A DNA stretch of 64,000 nt from an uncultured Brevundimonas sp. (GCF_947305955.1 NZ_CAMZFB010000010.1:2790-66789); one strand, 5' to 3'; counted from the first letter of the stretch, positions 10,013-19,942 are shown. Numbers and translations: made by a program. The notes: generated by a model from the sequence alone, not told the origin.

Positions 10013-10801
10013 TTAGTGGCCGTGGCCCAGGTTGACCACATCATTGAGGTAGATGCAGGTCAGAACGGTGAAAACGAAGGCCTGGAGGAAAGCCACCAGG
10101 AACTCCAGAGCGGTCATGGCCACGACCATGCCCATCGACAGGGCGGCGACACCGAAGAAGGCGTATGCAACGCCGCCGGTGACGATCGCCAGAGCGCCAA
10201 GTTGTACCACGAACTGGGCGAAGATCTTCAGGGCGACGTGGCCGCCCAGCATGTTACCGAACAGACGCAGGGCCAGGGTGGCCGGACGCAGCAGGAACGA
10301 AACGAACTCGATCAGACCCACAACCGGACGCAGCGCCAGCGGAGCGCCCGACGGCCAGAACAGCTTGAAGAAGCCGAAGCCGTTCTTGACGAAGCCGACG
10401 ACGACGACGGTCAGGAACGAGATCAGGCCCAGCGTCAGGGTGACGGCCAGCTGCGAGGTTGCGGTGAAGGTCAGCAGCATGCCCAGCAGGTTCATCGCCA
10501 GAACCAGCATGAACATGGTGAAGGCAAACGGGAAATACTTCTTGCCGTCGTGGCCGATGATCGACGAGGTCAGGTTATCGACCATGCCGAACAGGGTTTC
10601 ACCGGCGGCCTGCATACGGCCCGGAACCACAGCATTCTTGCTGGTGGCCAGCGACAGGAAGCCAACGACCAGCACAAAGGCGATGGTCATGGCGACGTGC
10701 GAGTTGGTGATCGCGATCAGTTGCTCACCGAGAACGGGAACTTTGACCGTGCCGAACTCTACGAGCGGCTTGACCTCAAATTGTTCAATCGGACCGGCCA
10801 T
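10013..10801 (-). CDS. atpB: ATP synthase F0 subunit a
   Basis: Motifs [17 protein letters not shown] and [13 protein letters not shown]. Confidence 0.97.
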   Translation of the reverse strand: MAGPIEQFEVKPLVEFGTVKVPVLGEQLIAITNSHVAMTIAFVLVVGFLSLATSKNAVVPGRMQAAGETLFGMVDNLTSSIIGHDGKKYFPFAFTMFMLVLAMNLLGMLLTFTATSQLAVTLTLGLISFLTVVVVGFVKNGFGFFKLFWPSGAPLALRPVVGLIEFVSFLLRPATLALRLFGNMLGGHVALKIFAQFVVQLGALAIVTGGVAYAFFGVAALSMGMVVAMTALEFLVAFLQAFVFTVLTCIYLNDVVNLGHGH

Positions 10802-10806
10802 GAAGC

Positions 10807-11175
10807 CTATCGTTCCTCGTCTTCGTTAACCTCGACAATCGGCTCGCCCGCAGGGGTTTCACCGAGTGCCTTGGCCTCCGCCATCAGCCGTTTGGCTGTA
10901 TTGCGGGCCATAAAAAATGACAAAGCGAAGCCCACCAGGACCCCGCCGATTACGCCTACGGGACGGATGTCGAACAGGAAGTCCGCAGCCACCCCAAGTC
11001 CCAGACCGATGAAGACGCCACCGACCAGTTCGGCGACAATGCGCCAAGCCTGAGCGACGACCTTCTGAGCTTCGGCGGTTGCTACCACCTCACTTCTGGT
11101 CCGCGCCTCCAGGCGGGATGCGCTGTCGGCGAGGCGTTTCATCGCCTCTTCGCGCGATTCCTTCGTAGAGGACAT
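10807..11175 (-). CDS. atpI: ATP synthase protein I (AtpZ/AtpI)
   Basis: ELVGGVFIGLGLG...D..F...P.G motif. First gene of the F0 operon. Confidence 0.85.
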   Translation of the reverse strand: MSSTKESREEAMKRLADSASRLEARTRSEVVATAEAQKVVAQAWRIVAELVGGVFIGLGLGVAADFLFDIRPVGVIGGVLVGFALSFFMARNTAKRLMAEAKALGETPAGEPIVEVNEDEER

Positions 11176-11328
11176 GGGCCAATTCGCTCATCGCCGACGG
11201 GGTGTCGGCAGGGGTCTGAATTTCGCGCGGAACCTATAGGCGCAAGGCCTTCAGGTCAAGGCGAGAGCTTTAAGACCTAAGTGTATGGATTTCCGCGATT
11301 TATTTTCGCACTCGGCGAGCCGCGACAA

Positions 11329-12009
11329 TCAGCCGTTCGACTCGCCGTCCTCATTGATGAAATCTTGTGCAAACTCAGGGGCCTCTGCATCCATGCCGGG
11401 AAGCATCTCGTCGGCATCCTCCTCACGCACAAGCGAGGGGTCGGGCACCTCAAAGCCCACAGGCATGGACAGATCCAGCAATCCGGCGGCCTTCATCTCC
11501 TGAACACCGGGCAGATCATAAAGACCCGCAAGGCCGAAATGCTCAAGGAAACGGTCGGTCGTGCCATAGGTGACGGGACGACCCGGCGTCCGGCGACGCC
11601 CGCGCAGGCGCACGAATCCCATTTCCAGCAGCACATCCAGCGTGCCCTTGGACAGGGACACACCGCGCACGCTTTCGATCTCGGCGCGGGTGCAGGGCTG
11701 GTGGTAGGCGATGATGGCAAGGGTTTCCAGCGCGGCCTTGGACAGACGGCGCGGCTCTTCGCGTTCCTCGGTCATCAGGAAGCCGAGGTCGTCGGCCGTG
11801 CGGAATCGATAGCGCCCTGCGACAATATCAAGCACCACGCCCCTGCCCTGATAGCGTTCCTGAAGCGCGGTCAGGGCACCGGACACATCGGCCCCGTCGG
11901 GCAGGCGGCGGGCCAGTTCCTCATGCGACAGCGGCGCGGCGGCGGCGAACAGCAGGGCCTCGACGCGGCGCTCGATTTCCAGATGGTCGGGGGCGAAATT
12001 CAGGCTCAC
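11329..12009 (-). CDS. scpB: SMC-Scp complex subunit ScpB
   Basis: Motifs VEALLFAA, LSKAALETLAIIAYHQP.TRAEIE and GRPVTYGTT. GTG start overlaps the scpA stop. Confidence 0.95.
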   Translation of the reverse strand: MSLNFAPDHLEIERRVEALLFAAAAPLSHEELARRLPDGADVSGALTALQERYQGRGVVLDIVAGRYRFRTADDLGFLMTEEREEPRRLSKAALETLAIIAYHQPCTRAEIESVRGVSLSKGTLDVLLEMGFVRLRGRRRTPGRPVTYGTTDRFLEHFGLAGLYDLPGVQEMKAAGLLDLSMPVGFEVPDPSLVREEDADEMLPGMDAEAPEFAQDFINEDGESNG

Positions 12010-12830
12010 GGTTCCAACTCCAGCGCGGGGGCCGGTCCACGGCGGCGCAGCCATATCTCGTCAAACGGCTTTTCCTGACGGATGTCCATGCCGCCTTCCT
12101 TCACCAGTTCCAGCGAGGCCGACAATGTAGAGGCGGTATAGCTGGCCTGTGACGGGCCGTCGTGGTCGTCGGGGCGTTGCGGGGCGACGCGCTCCAGCGG
12201 GGTCCATTCCGACAGGCGCGGCATAATCTCGCGCAGCCAGTCGCGGGCAGCTTCGAGCTGGAAGGCCTCGACGCGGGCAGTCGGGGCGTAGTTGCGGCGC
12301 TCCTGCTTCACCCGCTGGGTGACATAGGCGGTCATCAGCTCATAGAGGCTGGCGTCGATCTGGTCGGACGGGACGATGACGGTCTGTTCGGGGTCGCCCC
12401 GCATAAAGACATCGCGGTTCAGTTGCGGGCGCTTGGTCAGATTGGCCACGGCGGTCCGCATGGCTTCCAGCTTTTGGATGCGAAAGGCCAGGGCGGCGGC
12501 CATCTGCTCGGCGGGCGGCTCCTCGCCCTTGTCTTTTTCGTTGCGCGGGATCAGCAGGCGCGACTTCAGATAGGCCAGCCACGACGCCATCACCAGATAG
12601 TCAGCAGCCAGCGAGAAGTTGCGGCGCCGCGCCTCGTGAACGAAGGCCAGATATTGCTCGGCCAGACGGGTGATGGACAGTTTGAGCAGGTCCACCTTCT
12701 GGCCACGGGCCAGTTCCAGCAGGACGTGCAGGGGACCTTCATAGCCTTCCAGATCGACGACGAAAGTCTCCTTCTCCTCGGCCTGCTGGACCGCGGTGAA
12801 GTCGAGGTTCGGCTGGAAGGCGTCTGTCAT
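12006..12830 (-). CDS. scpA: Segregation and condensation protein A (kleisin)
   Basis: Motifs YEGPLHVLLEL and AADYLVMASWLAYLKSRLL. Confidence 0.95.
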   Translation of the reverse strand: MTDAFQPNLDFTAVQQAEEKETFVVDLEGYEGPLHVLLELARGQKVDLLKLSITRLAEQYLAFVHEARRRNFSLAADYLVMASWLAYLKSRLLIPRNEKDKGEEPPAEQMAAALAFRIQKLEAMRTAVANLTKRPQLNRDVFMRGDPEQTVIVPSDQIDASLYELMTAYVTQRVKQERRNYAPTARVEAFQLEAARDWLREIMPRLSEWTPLERVAPQRPDDHDGPSQASYTASTLSASLELVKEGGMDIRQEKPFDEIWLRRRGPAPALELEP

Positions 12831-12850
12831 GTCCCCTGCCCCCTATGGTG

Positions 12851-13909
12851 TCAGGCCGGAGCCTGTGCCTCGCCGACGTCGGGGCCGCGTGCGGCCTCAA
12901 ACCGTCCCTCAAGGGCGGCGGTGAAGCGGGCGCGGGCCGCGTCGATATCCAGCGGCTCGGGCGAGCGAACCAGACGCTGCAGCGCAACCTCGGCGCGGCG
13001 GGCAGCGATGCCCCCCAGCGTCTTGGTGGCCGAGGCGACCTCGATCATCTCGTCCATCTTGCCGTTGCAGTGCAGGACCACATCATTGCCCGCCTTGAAC
13101 GAGGCTTCGGCGCGGTCTTTCAGCGTGCCGGACAGGGCCTGCATCGACAGGTCGTCGGTCATGATCAGGCCGTTGAAGCCCAGACGCTCGCGCATCAGGC
13201 GGATACCGGCCTTGGATGTGGTGGCAGGCGCATCGCCATCCACGGCGGTAAAGACAACGTGGGCCGTCATCGCCAGCGGCATGTCGGAGTTGGCGCGGAA
13301 GGGCACAAAGTCCCATGCGTCCAGCTCGGCCAGCGGCGTTTCCACGACGGGCAGGTCGTGGTGGCTGTCGGCAAAGGCGCGGCCATGACCGGGGATGTGT
13401 TTGATGATCGGCAGGACACCGCCCGCCAGCAGGCCCTCGCAGGCGGCACGGCCCAGCTGGGCCACCGTCTGCGGATCGCGGGCATAGGCGCGGTCGCCGA
13501 TGATGTCGTGGGCACCGGGGACCGGAACGTCCAGAACCGGAACGCAGTCCACATTGATCCCCAGATCATAAAGGTCTTGGGCGATCAGACGCGCCCCGAG
13601 GCGCACCAGTTCGCGGGCCTTGAACACATCGCCCTGCGCGGCCTGAAGATAGGCGGCACCGGGCGGATATTTCGGCCAGAAGGGCGGGCCGAGACGCTGG
13701 ACGCGGCCACCTTCCTGATCGATCAGGACAGGGGCATCATCGCGACCCACGGCGCCGCGCAGGTCTTGCACCAGAGCGCGCACCTGATCGGGGCTTTCGA
13801 CGTTACGGCGGAAAAGAATGAAGCCCCACGGGTCGGCGTCGGCAAAGAAGGCGCGCTCCTCTGCCGACAACCGGTAACCCGCACAGCCAAAAATGGCAGC
13901 TGTGGTCAA
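12851..13909 (-). CDS. nagZ: Beta-N-acetylhexosaminidase (GH3)
   Basis: Motifs IDQEGGRVQRL, KHIPGHGRA.ADSH and MTAHV. Confidence 0.95.
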   Translation of the reverse strand: MTTAAIFGCAGYRLSAEERAFFADADPWGFILFRRNVESPDQVRALVQDLRGAVGRDDAPVLIDQEGGRVQRLGPPFWPKYPPGAAYLQAAQGDVFKARELVRLGARLIAQDLYDLGINVDCVPVLDVPVPGAHDIIGDRAYARDPQTVAQLGRAACEGLLAGGVLPIIKHIPGHGRAFADSHHDLPVVETPLAELDAWDFVPFRANSDMPLAMTAHVVFTAVDGDAPATTSKAGIRLMRERLGFNGLIMTDDLSMQALSGTLKDRAEASFKAGNDVVLHCNGKMDEMIEVASATKTLGGIAARRAEVALQRLVRSPEPLDIDAARARFTAALEGRFEAARGPDVGEAQAPA

Positions 13910-13919
13910 ACGCCTAACC

Positions 13920-14744
13920 TCAGCCGACGAAGCAGGAGCCGCCCGACGCCTTGATGGCGTTGCACAGCGAGGTCGCGCGTTCGCGGCTCAGACCGCCGAA
14001 CGAGGTGCGGTACAGGGTCTTGCCGTCACGCTCGATGGCTTCGATCTGGCGACGGGCACCGGACGTCAGGCCACCGTGGCGCGAGGCCGCAGCCGAATAC
14101 TGGGCCTCGGCCTGTTCACGCGAGGAGAAGGCACCGATCTGGACGCGCGAGTTACCGGTCGCCGCCGCAGGGGCCGGAGCCGGTTGCGGGGCCGGCGTGG
14201 CCTTCGGAGCCGGAGCGGGCGCAGGCGTCGGGGCCGGCGTCGTCGCCTTGGGCGCAGCAGCGGGTGCCGGAGCCGGTGCGGGCGTCGGGTTCGGCGTGGC
14301 CAGCGGTTCCGACGACGGGGTCGGACGCGGCAGAACTTCTTCCGGACCTTCGGTTAGGGTCGGGGTGGCGGTGTCCGTCTCTGCGGTGTCGCGATAAACG
14401 CGGATGCCGTCTTCCGGATTGACCGGCTGGGCGTCGAGCGGCGCTTCCACCTTCATCATGTCGGCGCTGGTGCCGACGGCAGGCGGCATCTGGCCGTCCT
14501 TGCGCGAACCACCCATGGTGTAGGCCACGATAATGCCGATGATGATGGCCAGCAGAACGACAACGCTGATGATCAGGGTCAGCGGCGGCGACTTGGATGC
14601 CGGAGCGCGGCGCGGGTCGTAACCGCTGCGGCTGAACGGCAGGTCGTCGTCGGTGGGCGGGGTATAGGCACCGCGTTCCGGACCAGGACCACGCGGATCA
14701 CGGCCTTGCTGGGGGTAGCCTCGGTTATCGTCGTCGTAGGACAT
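13920..14744 (-). CDS. ftsN: SPOR-domain cell division protein (FtsN-like)
   Basis: Single TM, Pro/Ala/Thr linker and C-terminal SPOR domain (VQIGAFSS). Same context as Caulobacter ftsN. Confidence 0.8.
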   Translation of the reverse strand: MSYDDDNRGYPQQGRDPRGPGPERGAYTPPTDDDLPFSRSGYDPRRAPASKSPPLTLIISVVVLLAIIIGIIVAYTMGGSRKDGQMPPAVGTSADMMKVEAPLDAQPVNPEDGIRVYRDTAETDTATPTLTEGPEEVLPRPTPSSEPLATPNPTPAPAPAPAAAPKATTPAPTPAPAPAPKATPAPQPAPAPAAATGNSRVQIGAFSSREQAEAQYSAAASRHGGLTSGARRQIEAIERDGKTLYRTSFGGLSRERATSLCNAIKASGGSCFVG

Positions 14745-14827
14745 GTTCGCGCCTTTAGATCGGGTGTGATGCCGCGAATCGATGCGACACCACAGTCACT
14801 TTACCGTCCCGCCCCCACCCTTTCGAA

Positions 14828-16027
14828 TCATAGATCGAGGGCAAGGTCGAGGCTGAACAGCTTTCTATGCACTTCAATGGCATAGCGGTCGGTCATACCG
14901 GCGATGTAATCGCACACCGCCCGCGCCCGCTGGGTGCGGTCGTCGGTCAGGGCCACGCGCTGCCATTCCGGTGGCAGAACCTCCGGCTCGGCCATGGCCA
15001 GATTGAACAGCTGGGCCAGTACGCGGCGCGCCTGACTGCGGGTGCGGTTGACGCGATAGTGGCGGTACATGCGCTCGAACAGGAAGCGGCGCAGAACGGC
15101 CAGTTCCTCCATCATGCCTTGCGAGAACTGCACAAGGGTTTCGGGCGCGTTGCGGACATCCTCGACCGTTTCGATGCGGTGCGACTTCAGACGATGCTCG
15201 GTCTCGGCCAGCACATCGTCCACCATCACCCCGATCATCCGGCGCACCGCCTCGAGGCGCAGCATCCGGTCATCGATATTCGGCCACTGGGTGCGAGCCG
15301 CCGCGATGGCCGGACCGATCAGCGGGATTTCCGCCAGATCATCAAGCGTGAACAGGCCCGCCTGCACGCCGTCGTCAACGTCGTGGTTGTTATAGGCAAT
15401 ATCGTCGGCAATCGCCGCGCACTGGGCCTCCAGCGAGGCAAAGGTCCCCAGACGCAGGTCCCAGTTCATGGCCCCGTGCTCGTGGTACTCGGCCACCTTG
15501 GCCCAAGCCGGATCGCCCAGATGGTGCAGGACCGGACCATTGTGCTTGACCACGCCCTCGACCGTTTCCCACGTCAGGTTCAGACCCGGAAACGCCGGAT
15601 AGCGCATCTCCAGCTCGGTCACGACGCGGAAGCTTTGGACGTTGTGGTCAAAGCCGCCATAGTCCTTCATCAGCGCGGCCAACTCGTCCTCGCCCGCATG
15701 GGAGAACGGCGGGTGGCCCAGATCGTGGGCCAACGCGATGGTCTCGGCCAGATCGTCGTCCAGTCTCAGGGCGTGCGCCAGCGAGCGCGCGATCTGCGCC
15801 ACCTCCAGCGAATGGGTCAGACGCGTGCGATAGGTGTCGCCTTCGTGCGCGACAAAGACCTGCGTCTTTTCCTTCAGGCGACGGAAATAGGTCGAATGGA
15901 TGATCCGGTCGCGGTCACGCGCAAAGGGCGTGCGGGTACGGCTGGGCGGCTCGGGAATACGGCGGCCACGGCTGTTTTCATGCTTTTCGGCGTACGGGGC
16001 GCGTTCGTTCTGGATCACGTTCATCAA
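14828..16027 (-). CDS. dgt: Deoxyguanosinetriphosphate triphosphohydrolase
   Basis: Motifs [32 protein letters not shown] and DYIAGMTD. Confidence 0.95.
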   Translation of the reverse strand: MMNVIQNERAPYAEKHENSRGRRIPEPPSRTRTPFARDRDRIIHSTYFRRLKEKTQVFVAHEGDTYRTRLTHSLEVAQIARSLAHALRLDDDLAETIALAHDLGHPPFSHAGEDELAALMKDYGGFDHNVQSFRVVTELEMRYPAFPGLNLTWETVEGVVKHNGPVLHHLGDPAWAKVAEYHEHGAMNWDLRLGTFASLEAQCAAIADDIAYNNHDVDDGVQAGLFTLDDLAEIPLIGPAIAAARTQWPNIDDRMLRLEAVRRMIGVMVDDVLAETEHRLKSHRIETVEDVRNAPETLVQFSQGMMEELAVLRRFLFERMYRHYRVNRTRSQARRVLAQLFNLAMAEPEVLPPEWQRVALTDDRTQRARAVCDYIAGMTDRYAIEVHRKLFSLDLALDL

Positions 16028-16117
16028 CTTTGATCGGGCCGGACCTTTTTAAATGTCCTTCAGCGCCTCATATAGAAGCGTGAAGGCACCGTCCAATCCA
16101 CAGAAATATCCACAGCC

Positions 16118-16468
16118 GTGTTCTCTATCGCCAGCCGATCCCCCGAAGGCATCACCCTTTCCCCCCAAGCCGCCCGCCGTCTTGAGGCCCTGTCCCAAGC
16201 CGAGGGCAAGCCGCTGATGCTGCGCGTCGCGGTCGAGGGCGGTGGCTGTTCTGGCTTCCAGTACCAACTGGATCTGGTCGAAGAGGCGCAGGCCGACGAC
16301 ATCCGCATCGAATGCGATGGTCAGGCCGCGCTGGTGGATGCGGTGTCGGTCCCCTTCCTGAAGGGGTCGGAGATCACCTTCGTCGACGAACTGGCCGGCG
16401 CGCAGTTCGTGATCAAGAACCCCAACGCCGCCTCCAGCTGTGGCTGCGGCGTCAGCTTCTCGATTTAA
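16118..16468 (+). CDS. erpA: Fe-S cluster insertion protein, HesB/IscA/ErpA family
   Basis: Motifs GGGCSGFQY and NPNAASSCGCGVSF. Confidence 0.92.
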   Translation: MFSIASRSPEGITLSPQAARRLEALSQAEGKPLMLRVAVEGGGCSGFQYQLDLVEEAQADDIRIECDGQAALVDAVSVPFLKGSEITFVDELAGAQFVIKNPNAASSCGCGVSFSI

Positions 16469-16704
16469 GCTTTATCTGCGTCTTGGGCGGCGGCTTTGGC
16501 CGCGCTTCTGCGTTTGTCGCGCAGCATCATGATCAGGCCCAGCACCATGCCGCCCATGCCGACAAAGACGGCCCAGCCGATCTGTGCCCATCGGGACAGG
16601 CTTTCGACATGCGCGATCAAGGCCCTGCCAGGGGCGCTGAAACCGAACGCGATCGCCCCGATAAACAGGGCACCATAGATGATGCTGCCGACAATCGACT
16701 TCAC
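16465..16704 (-). CDS. Small hypothetical 2-TM membrane protein
   Basis: 79 aa, two hydrophobic segments, basic tail. Stop overlaps the erpA stop. Confidence 0.6.
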   Translation of the reverse strand: MKSIVGSIIYGALFIGAIAFGFSAPGRALIAHVESLSRWAQIGWAVFVGMGGMVLGLIMMLRDKRRSAAKAAAQDADKA

Positions 16705-16783
16705 AGCGGGCCTCGAAGGTTAGAACCGGCCCTCAGTATCGAATGTTAGCTTGGCCGTATATGGCCTTGGGCGACAGAGCGAT

Positions 16784-17542
16784 TTAGTCGCGGACCAGGC
16801 CGCCATCGACCACCAGGTTCTGGCCCGTCACCGCCCGCGCCCATGGCGAGGCAAAGAACAGCATGGCGTCGGCAAACTCCTGCGGGGTGGTGACGCTGCG
16901 CAGCGGCGTCATGCCCGCGATCAGGTCGAATACCGCATCGGGCGTTGCGGCGCTGGCATCGGTCGTCCGCAGCAGGCCGCCGGACACCATATTCACCGTA
17001 ATGCCGTGCGGCCCCAGATCACCTGCCGCCGTGCGGGTCAGGCTCATCAGCGCTGCCTTGGCTGCCGTATAGTCGTGATAGGGAACGACAGGATTTTGCA
17101 CCAGATTGGTGCCGACATTGATGATCCGGCCAAAGCCCTTGGACTTCATCCCCGGCGTGACGGCCTGAATGACGTTCAGCGCGCCCTGCACCACGGTAGA
17201 GAACTGGGCCGCGAACTCGTCCCAGCCGATGGTTTCCATCTGGGATCGGGCATCGCCGTTGAAGCTGTAATCCAGCGCATTGTTGACCACGGTCGTCACC
17301 GGCGCACCGAAATGCTGCTCGATGCGGGCGACCATGGCGGCCACGGCGTCACGGTCGGTCACATCGGCCTGAACATCGATGGCGCGCTCGCCGATCTCTT
17401 GGGCCAGAGCGCGGGCGGCTTCGGCACTGCCGCGCCAGTTGATCGCCACGCGAGCGCCCTCACGCGCAAAGGCCCGCACAGCCTCGGCCCCGACACCGCG
17501 CGCGCCGCCGGTAACCAGCACCACCTGACCCGAAAAATCCAT
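16784..17542 (-). CDS. Short-chain dehydrogenase/reductase (3-oxoacyl-ACP reductase-like)
   Basis: Motifs TGGARGVG, VNNA, YTAAK and TGQNLVVDGG. Start placed at ATG 17542 after a GGAGAGGG Shine-Dalgarno. Confidence 0.92.
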   Translation of the reverse strand: MDFSGQVVLVTGGARGVGAEAVRAFAREGARVAINWRGSAEAARALAQEIGERAIDVQADVTDRDAVAAMVARIEQHFGAPVTTVVNNALDYSFNGDARSQMETIGWDEFAAQFSTVVQGALNVIQAVTPGMKSKGFGRIINVGTNLVQNPVVPYHDYTAAKAALMSLTRTAAGDLGPHGITVNMVSGGLLRTTDASAATPDAVFDLIAGMTPLRSVTTPQEFADAMLFFASPWARAVTGQNLVVDGGLVRD

Positions 17543-17647
17543 GATATGCCCTCTCCTGCTGGCCAGGCTCTTAGGCCTCAACCCACCCGCTCGCAATGGC
17601 GAAGAACGGCGAGTTGTCACAAACCAAGGTTGTGTTAGCTTGGCTGT

Positions 17648-17962
17648 ATGCACTGGCGCAGTCGACCATACCGCCGCAGATCGAAGCCCCAGCCGTTCTG
17701 GTTGCTGGTGCTGCTGGTCGCGGGCGGCTGTTTCCTGATTGCCCTCGCATGGCCTGCCAAGGGGACCGCGCCGCTGTCGCAACTGCCCCGCGCCCTTATG
17801 GGCCAACCCGCGAGCGAGCCCCTGCCCGACCGCTATTACACCAACTGTCGCCACGCCCATTCCAATGGCCGCTACAACATCCGTCGCGGCGAGCCGGGGT
17901 ATCGCCCCGAGCTGGATCGGGATGGCGATGGGTTGGCCTGCGAACCCTATAGAGGCCGCTAG
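17648..17962 (+). CDS. Excalibur calcium-binding domain protein
   Basis: N-terminal TM, then YYTNC...IRRGEPGYRPELDRDGDGLACE. Confidence 0.85.
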   Translation: MHWRSRPYRRRSKPQPFWLLVLLVAGGCFLIALAWPAKGTAPLSQLPRALMGQPASEPLPDRYYTNCRHAHSNGRYNIRRGEPGYRPELDRDGDGLACEPYRGR

Positions 17963-17996
17963 GGCCACACGGCCAACCGCCGATATTTCGCTTTAC

Positions 17997-18012
17997 TTAG
18001 GATTTTTCCTAA
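17997..18012. promoter_or_regulatory. Putative ArsR/SdpR operator palindrome
   Basis: TTAGGA-tttt-TCCTAA, 14 nt upstream of the repressor start. Confidence 0.6.
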
Positions 18013-18026
18013 TTAGGGTGTTGGCT

Positions 18027-18314
18027 ATGAACACGCTGTTCAAAGCCCTGTCGCATCCCGTGCGCCGCCAGATCATTGCCATGCTGCGGAACGGTCCCTT
18101 GGCATCGGGTGACATTGCAGCGGCCTTTGACATGAGCTGGCCGACGGTGACGGGGCATCTGAATGCCCTGCGCGATGCCGAACTGGTCAGCACGGAAAAG
18201 CACGGCCAGTCGGTGCGCTATCGGCTGGAAATCTCCGCCGTCGAGGAAGGCCTAGCCTTTCTGATGGACCTCGCGGGGACCGGAAAACAGGCGCAGAGGG
18301 AGGATGACACATGA
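18027..18314 (+). CDS. ArsR-family autorepressor (SdpR-like)
   Basis: Motifs FKALSHPVRRQII..L, SWPTVTGHLNAL and SVRYRL. Confidence 0.88.
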   Translation: MNTLFKALSHPVRRQIIAMLRNGPLASGDIAAAFDMSWPTVTGHLNALRDAELVSTEKHGQSVRYRLEISAVEEGLAFLMDLAGTGKQAQREDDT

Positions 18315-18985
18315 AATCGATGAGCCTGTATGACCGGCTGGCCTTTGCGGTATCGCTGATGATCCTTGCCGGTGCCGCATGGGTCGCGCTCAAGGGGCCG
18401 ACCACGCCCATCCCCATGCATTTCGATTTCTCGGGCAATGTCGACCGCTATGGATCGCGCACCGAACTGGCTACGGTTCTGGGCGGGCTGGGTGTGCTGA
18501 ATATCTTTGTCGCCCTGCTGACGGGCCATCAGGCCCGCTCGGCCACCGATCCCATCCGCAAGAAGGCGCTGGCCAACGGCCAGTTGATGTCGGTGCTGAT
18601 CATGGCCGCTGTGGCCGTGATGGTCAGTTGGTCCAGCCTTGGCCCCACGGCGGCGGGCGGCACGATCAACCCGTCGATCACCTCGGCCTTCATCTCGGGC
18701 GTCAGCCTGTTGTGCGGAGCCATGATGGGCAAGGTCGGCCCCAACCCGTTCATCGGGGTAAAGACGCCGTGGGCCTATCGCTCGCGTCTGGCCTGGGACA
18801 AGGCCAATCGGCTGGCAGCACGCCTGCTGTTCTGGTTCGGTCTGGCCGGACTGATCGCCACGCCCTTTGCCCCCCAGCCGCAGCTGCTGTCGATTGTGGT
18901 GGGTGCCATGCTGATTTCCGCAGCGTGGGCCACGTTCGAGAGTTGGCGCGTGTGGCGCAACGATCCCGAAGCCCAGCCCTTCTAA
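18311..18985 (+). CDS. SdpI-family membrane immunity-like protein
   Basis: Motifs IPMHFDFSGNVDRYG, PNPFIGVKTPW and AWDKANRLA. Coupled to the SdpR-like gene. Confidence 0.85.
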   Translation: MKSMSLYDRLAFAVSLMILAGAAWVALKGPTTPIPMHFDFSGNVDRYGSRTELATVLGGLGVLNIFVALLTGHQARSATDPIRKKALANGQLMSVLIMAAVAVMVSWSSLGPTAAGGTINPSITSAFISGVSLLCGAMMGKVGPNPFIGVKTPWAYRSRLAWDKANRLAARLLFWFGLAGLIATPFAPQPQLLSIVVGAMLISAAWATFESWRVWRNDPEAQPF

Positions 18986-19009
18986 CTCCGACACCCAAGG
19001 ACACAGACC

Positions 19010-19942
19010 ATGATCAGCCTCGCCCTTGCCGCCGCGTTGATGGCCGGACCGTCCGAAACCGCCGTGAGCCTGCCTGCCGAGCCTGCGCCGCTGCACGGCA
19101 CCCTGTTGCGGCCCGAAGGTGTGATCGCGGCCACCGCCGTCATCATCCCCGGCAGCGGCCCGACGGACCGTGACGGCAACAATCCGCTGGGCGTCCGCAA
19201 TGCCTCGCTGAAACAGCTGGCCGAGGGACTGGCCGAACAGGGCATCGCCACCGTTCGTATCGACAAGCGCGGCATCGCCCAAAGCCGCGCCGCGGGACCC
19301 GATGAGGCCAGCCTGTCCTTCACCAATATGGCCGAGGATGCCCGCAACTGGGCCAAGCTGGCCATCGAACAAACGGGGGCCCGCTGTGCATGGCTGATCG
19401 GCCATTCCGAAGGCGCGCTGGTCGCACAATCCGCCGCCAGCCAAGCCGATACGCCGGTATGCGGCCTGATCCTGCTGTCCGGTTCGGGGCGTCCCGCCGG
19501 TGTAGTGCTGCGCGAGCAACTGGCCCCCCAACTGCCCCCCGCCCTGATGGCCGAGGCCGACGCCGCTCTGACGGAACTGGAAGCGGGCCGGACCTTGGAT
19601 AATCCGCCGCCTGCGCTGGCCGCCCTGTTCCGCCCCTCGGTCCAGCCCTACATGATTTCATGGCTGGCGCTGGATCCGGCGGCGCTGGCATCGAACTATG
19701 ATGGGCCGATCTTCATCGGTCAGGGCACCACTGACATCCAGACGTCGGTCACCGACGCCCGCGCCCTGTCGGCAGCCCAGCCGCGCGCGATGCTGAAACT
19801 GTGGGACGGCATCAACCACGTCCTGACCGAAGCGCCAGAGGATCGCGCCGCAAACATCGCCACCTATGGCAATCCCGAAGCCAAGATCGCCCCGCAGGTG
19901 GTCGAGGACGTTGCCAGCTTTATCAAGGCCAATACGCGCTAG
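19010..19942 (+). CDS. Exported alpha/beta hydrolase
   Basis: Signal-like N-terminus, PGSGPTDRDGN, nucleophile GHSEG and catalytic His in GINHVL. Confidence 0.88.
   Translation: MISLALAAALMAGPSETAVSLPAEPAPLHGTLLRPEGVIAATAVIIPGSGPTDRDGNNPLGVRNASLKQLAEGLAEQGIATVRIDKRGIAQSRAAGPDEASLSFTNMAEDARNWAKLAIEQTGARCAWLIGHSEGALVAQSAASQADTPVCGLILLSGSGRPAGVVLREQLAPQLPPALMAEADAALTELEAGRTLDNPPPALAALFRPSVQPYMISWLALDPAALASNYDGPIFIGQGTTDIQTSVTDARALSAAQPRAMLKLWDGINHVLTEAPEDRAANIATYGNPEAKIAPQVVEDVASFIKANTR

Noticed and set aside
14150-14340. Repetitive GC-rich tract in the SPOR gene
   Set aside because: Simply encodes the Pro/Ala/Thr linker typical of FtsN-like proteins.
14745-14827. Absence of argS between dgt and the SPOR gene
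   Set aside because: As I recall, Caulobacteraceae normally have dgt directly followed by ftsN, so this is not unusual for the lineage.
17543-17640. Riboswitch (TPP, SAM, fluoride) in the SDR leader
   Set aside because: No diagnostic conserved nucleotides could be matched by eye.
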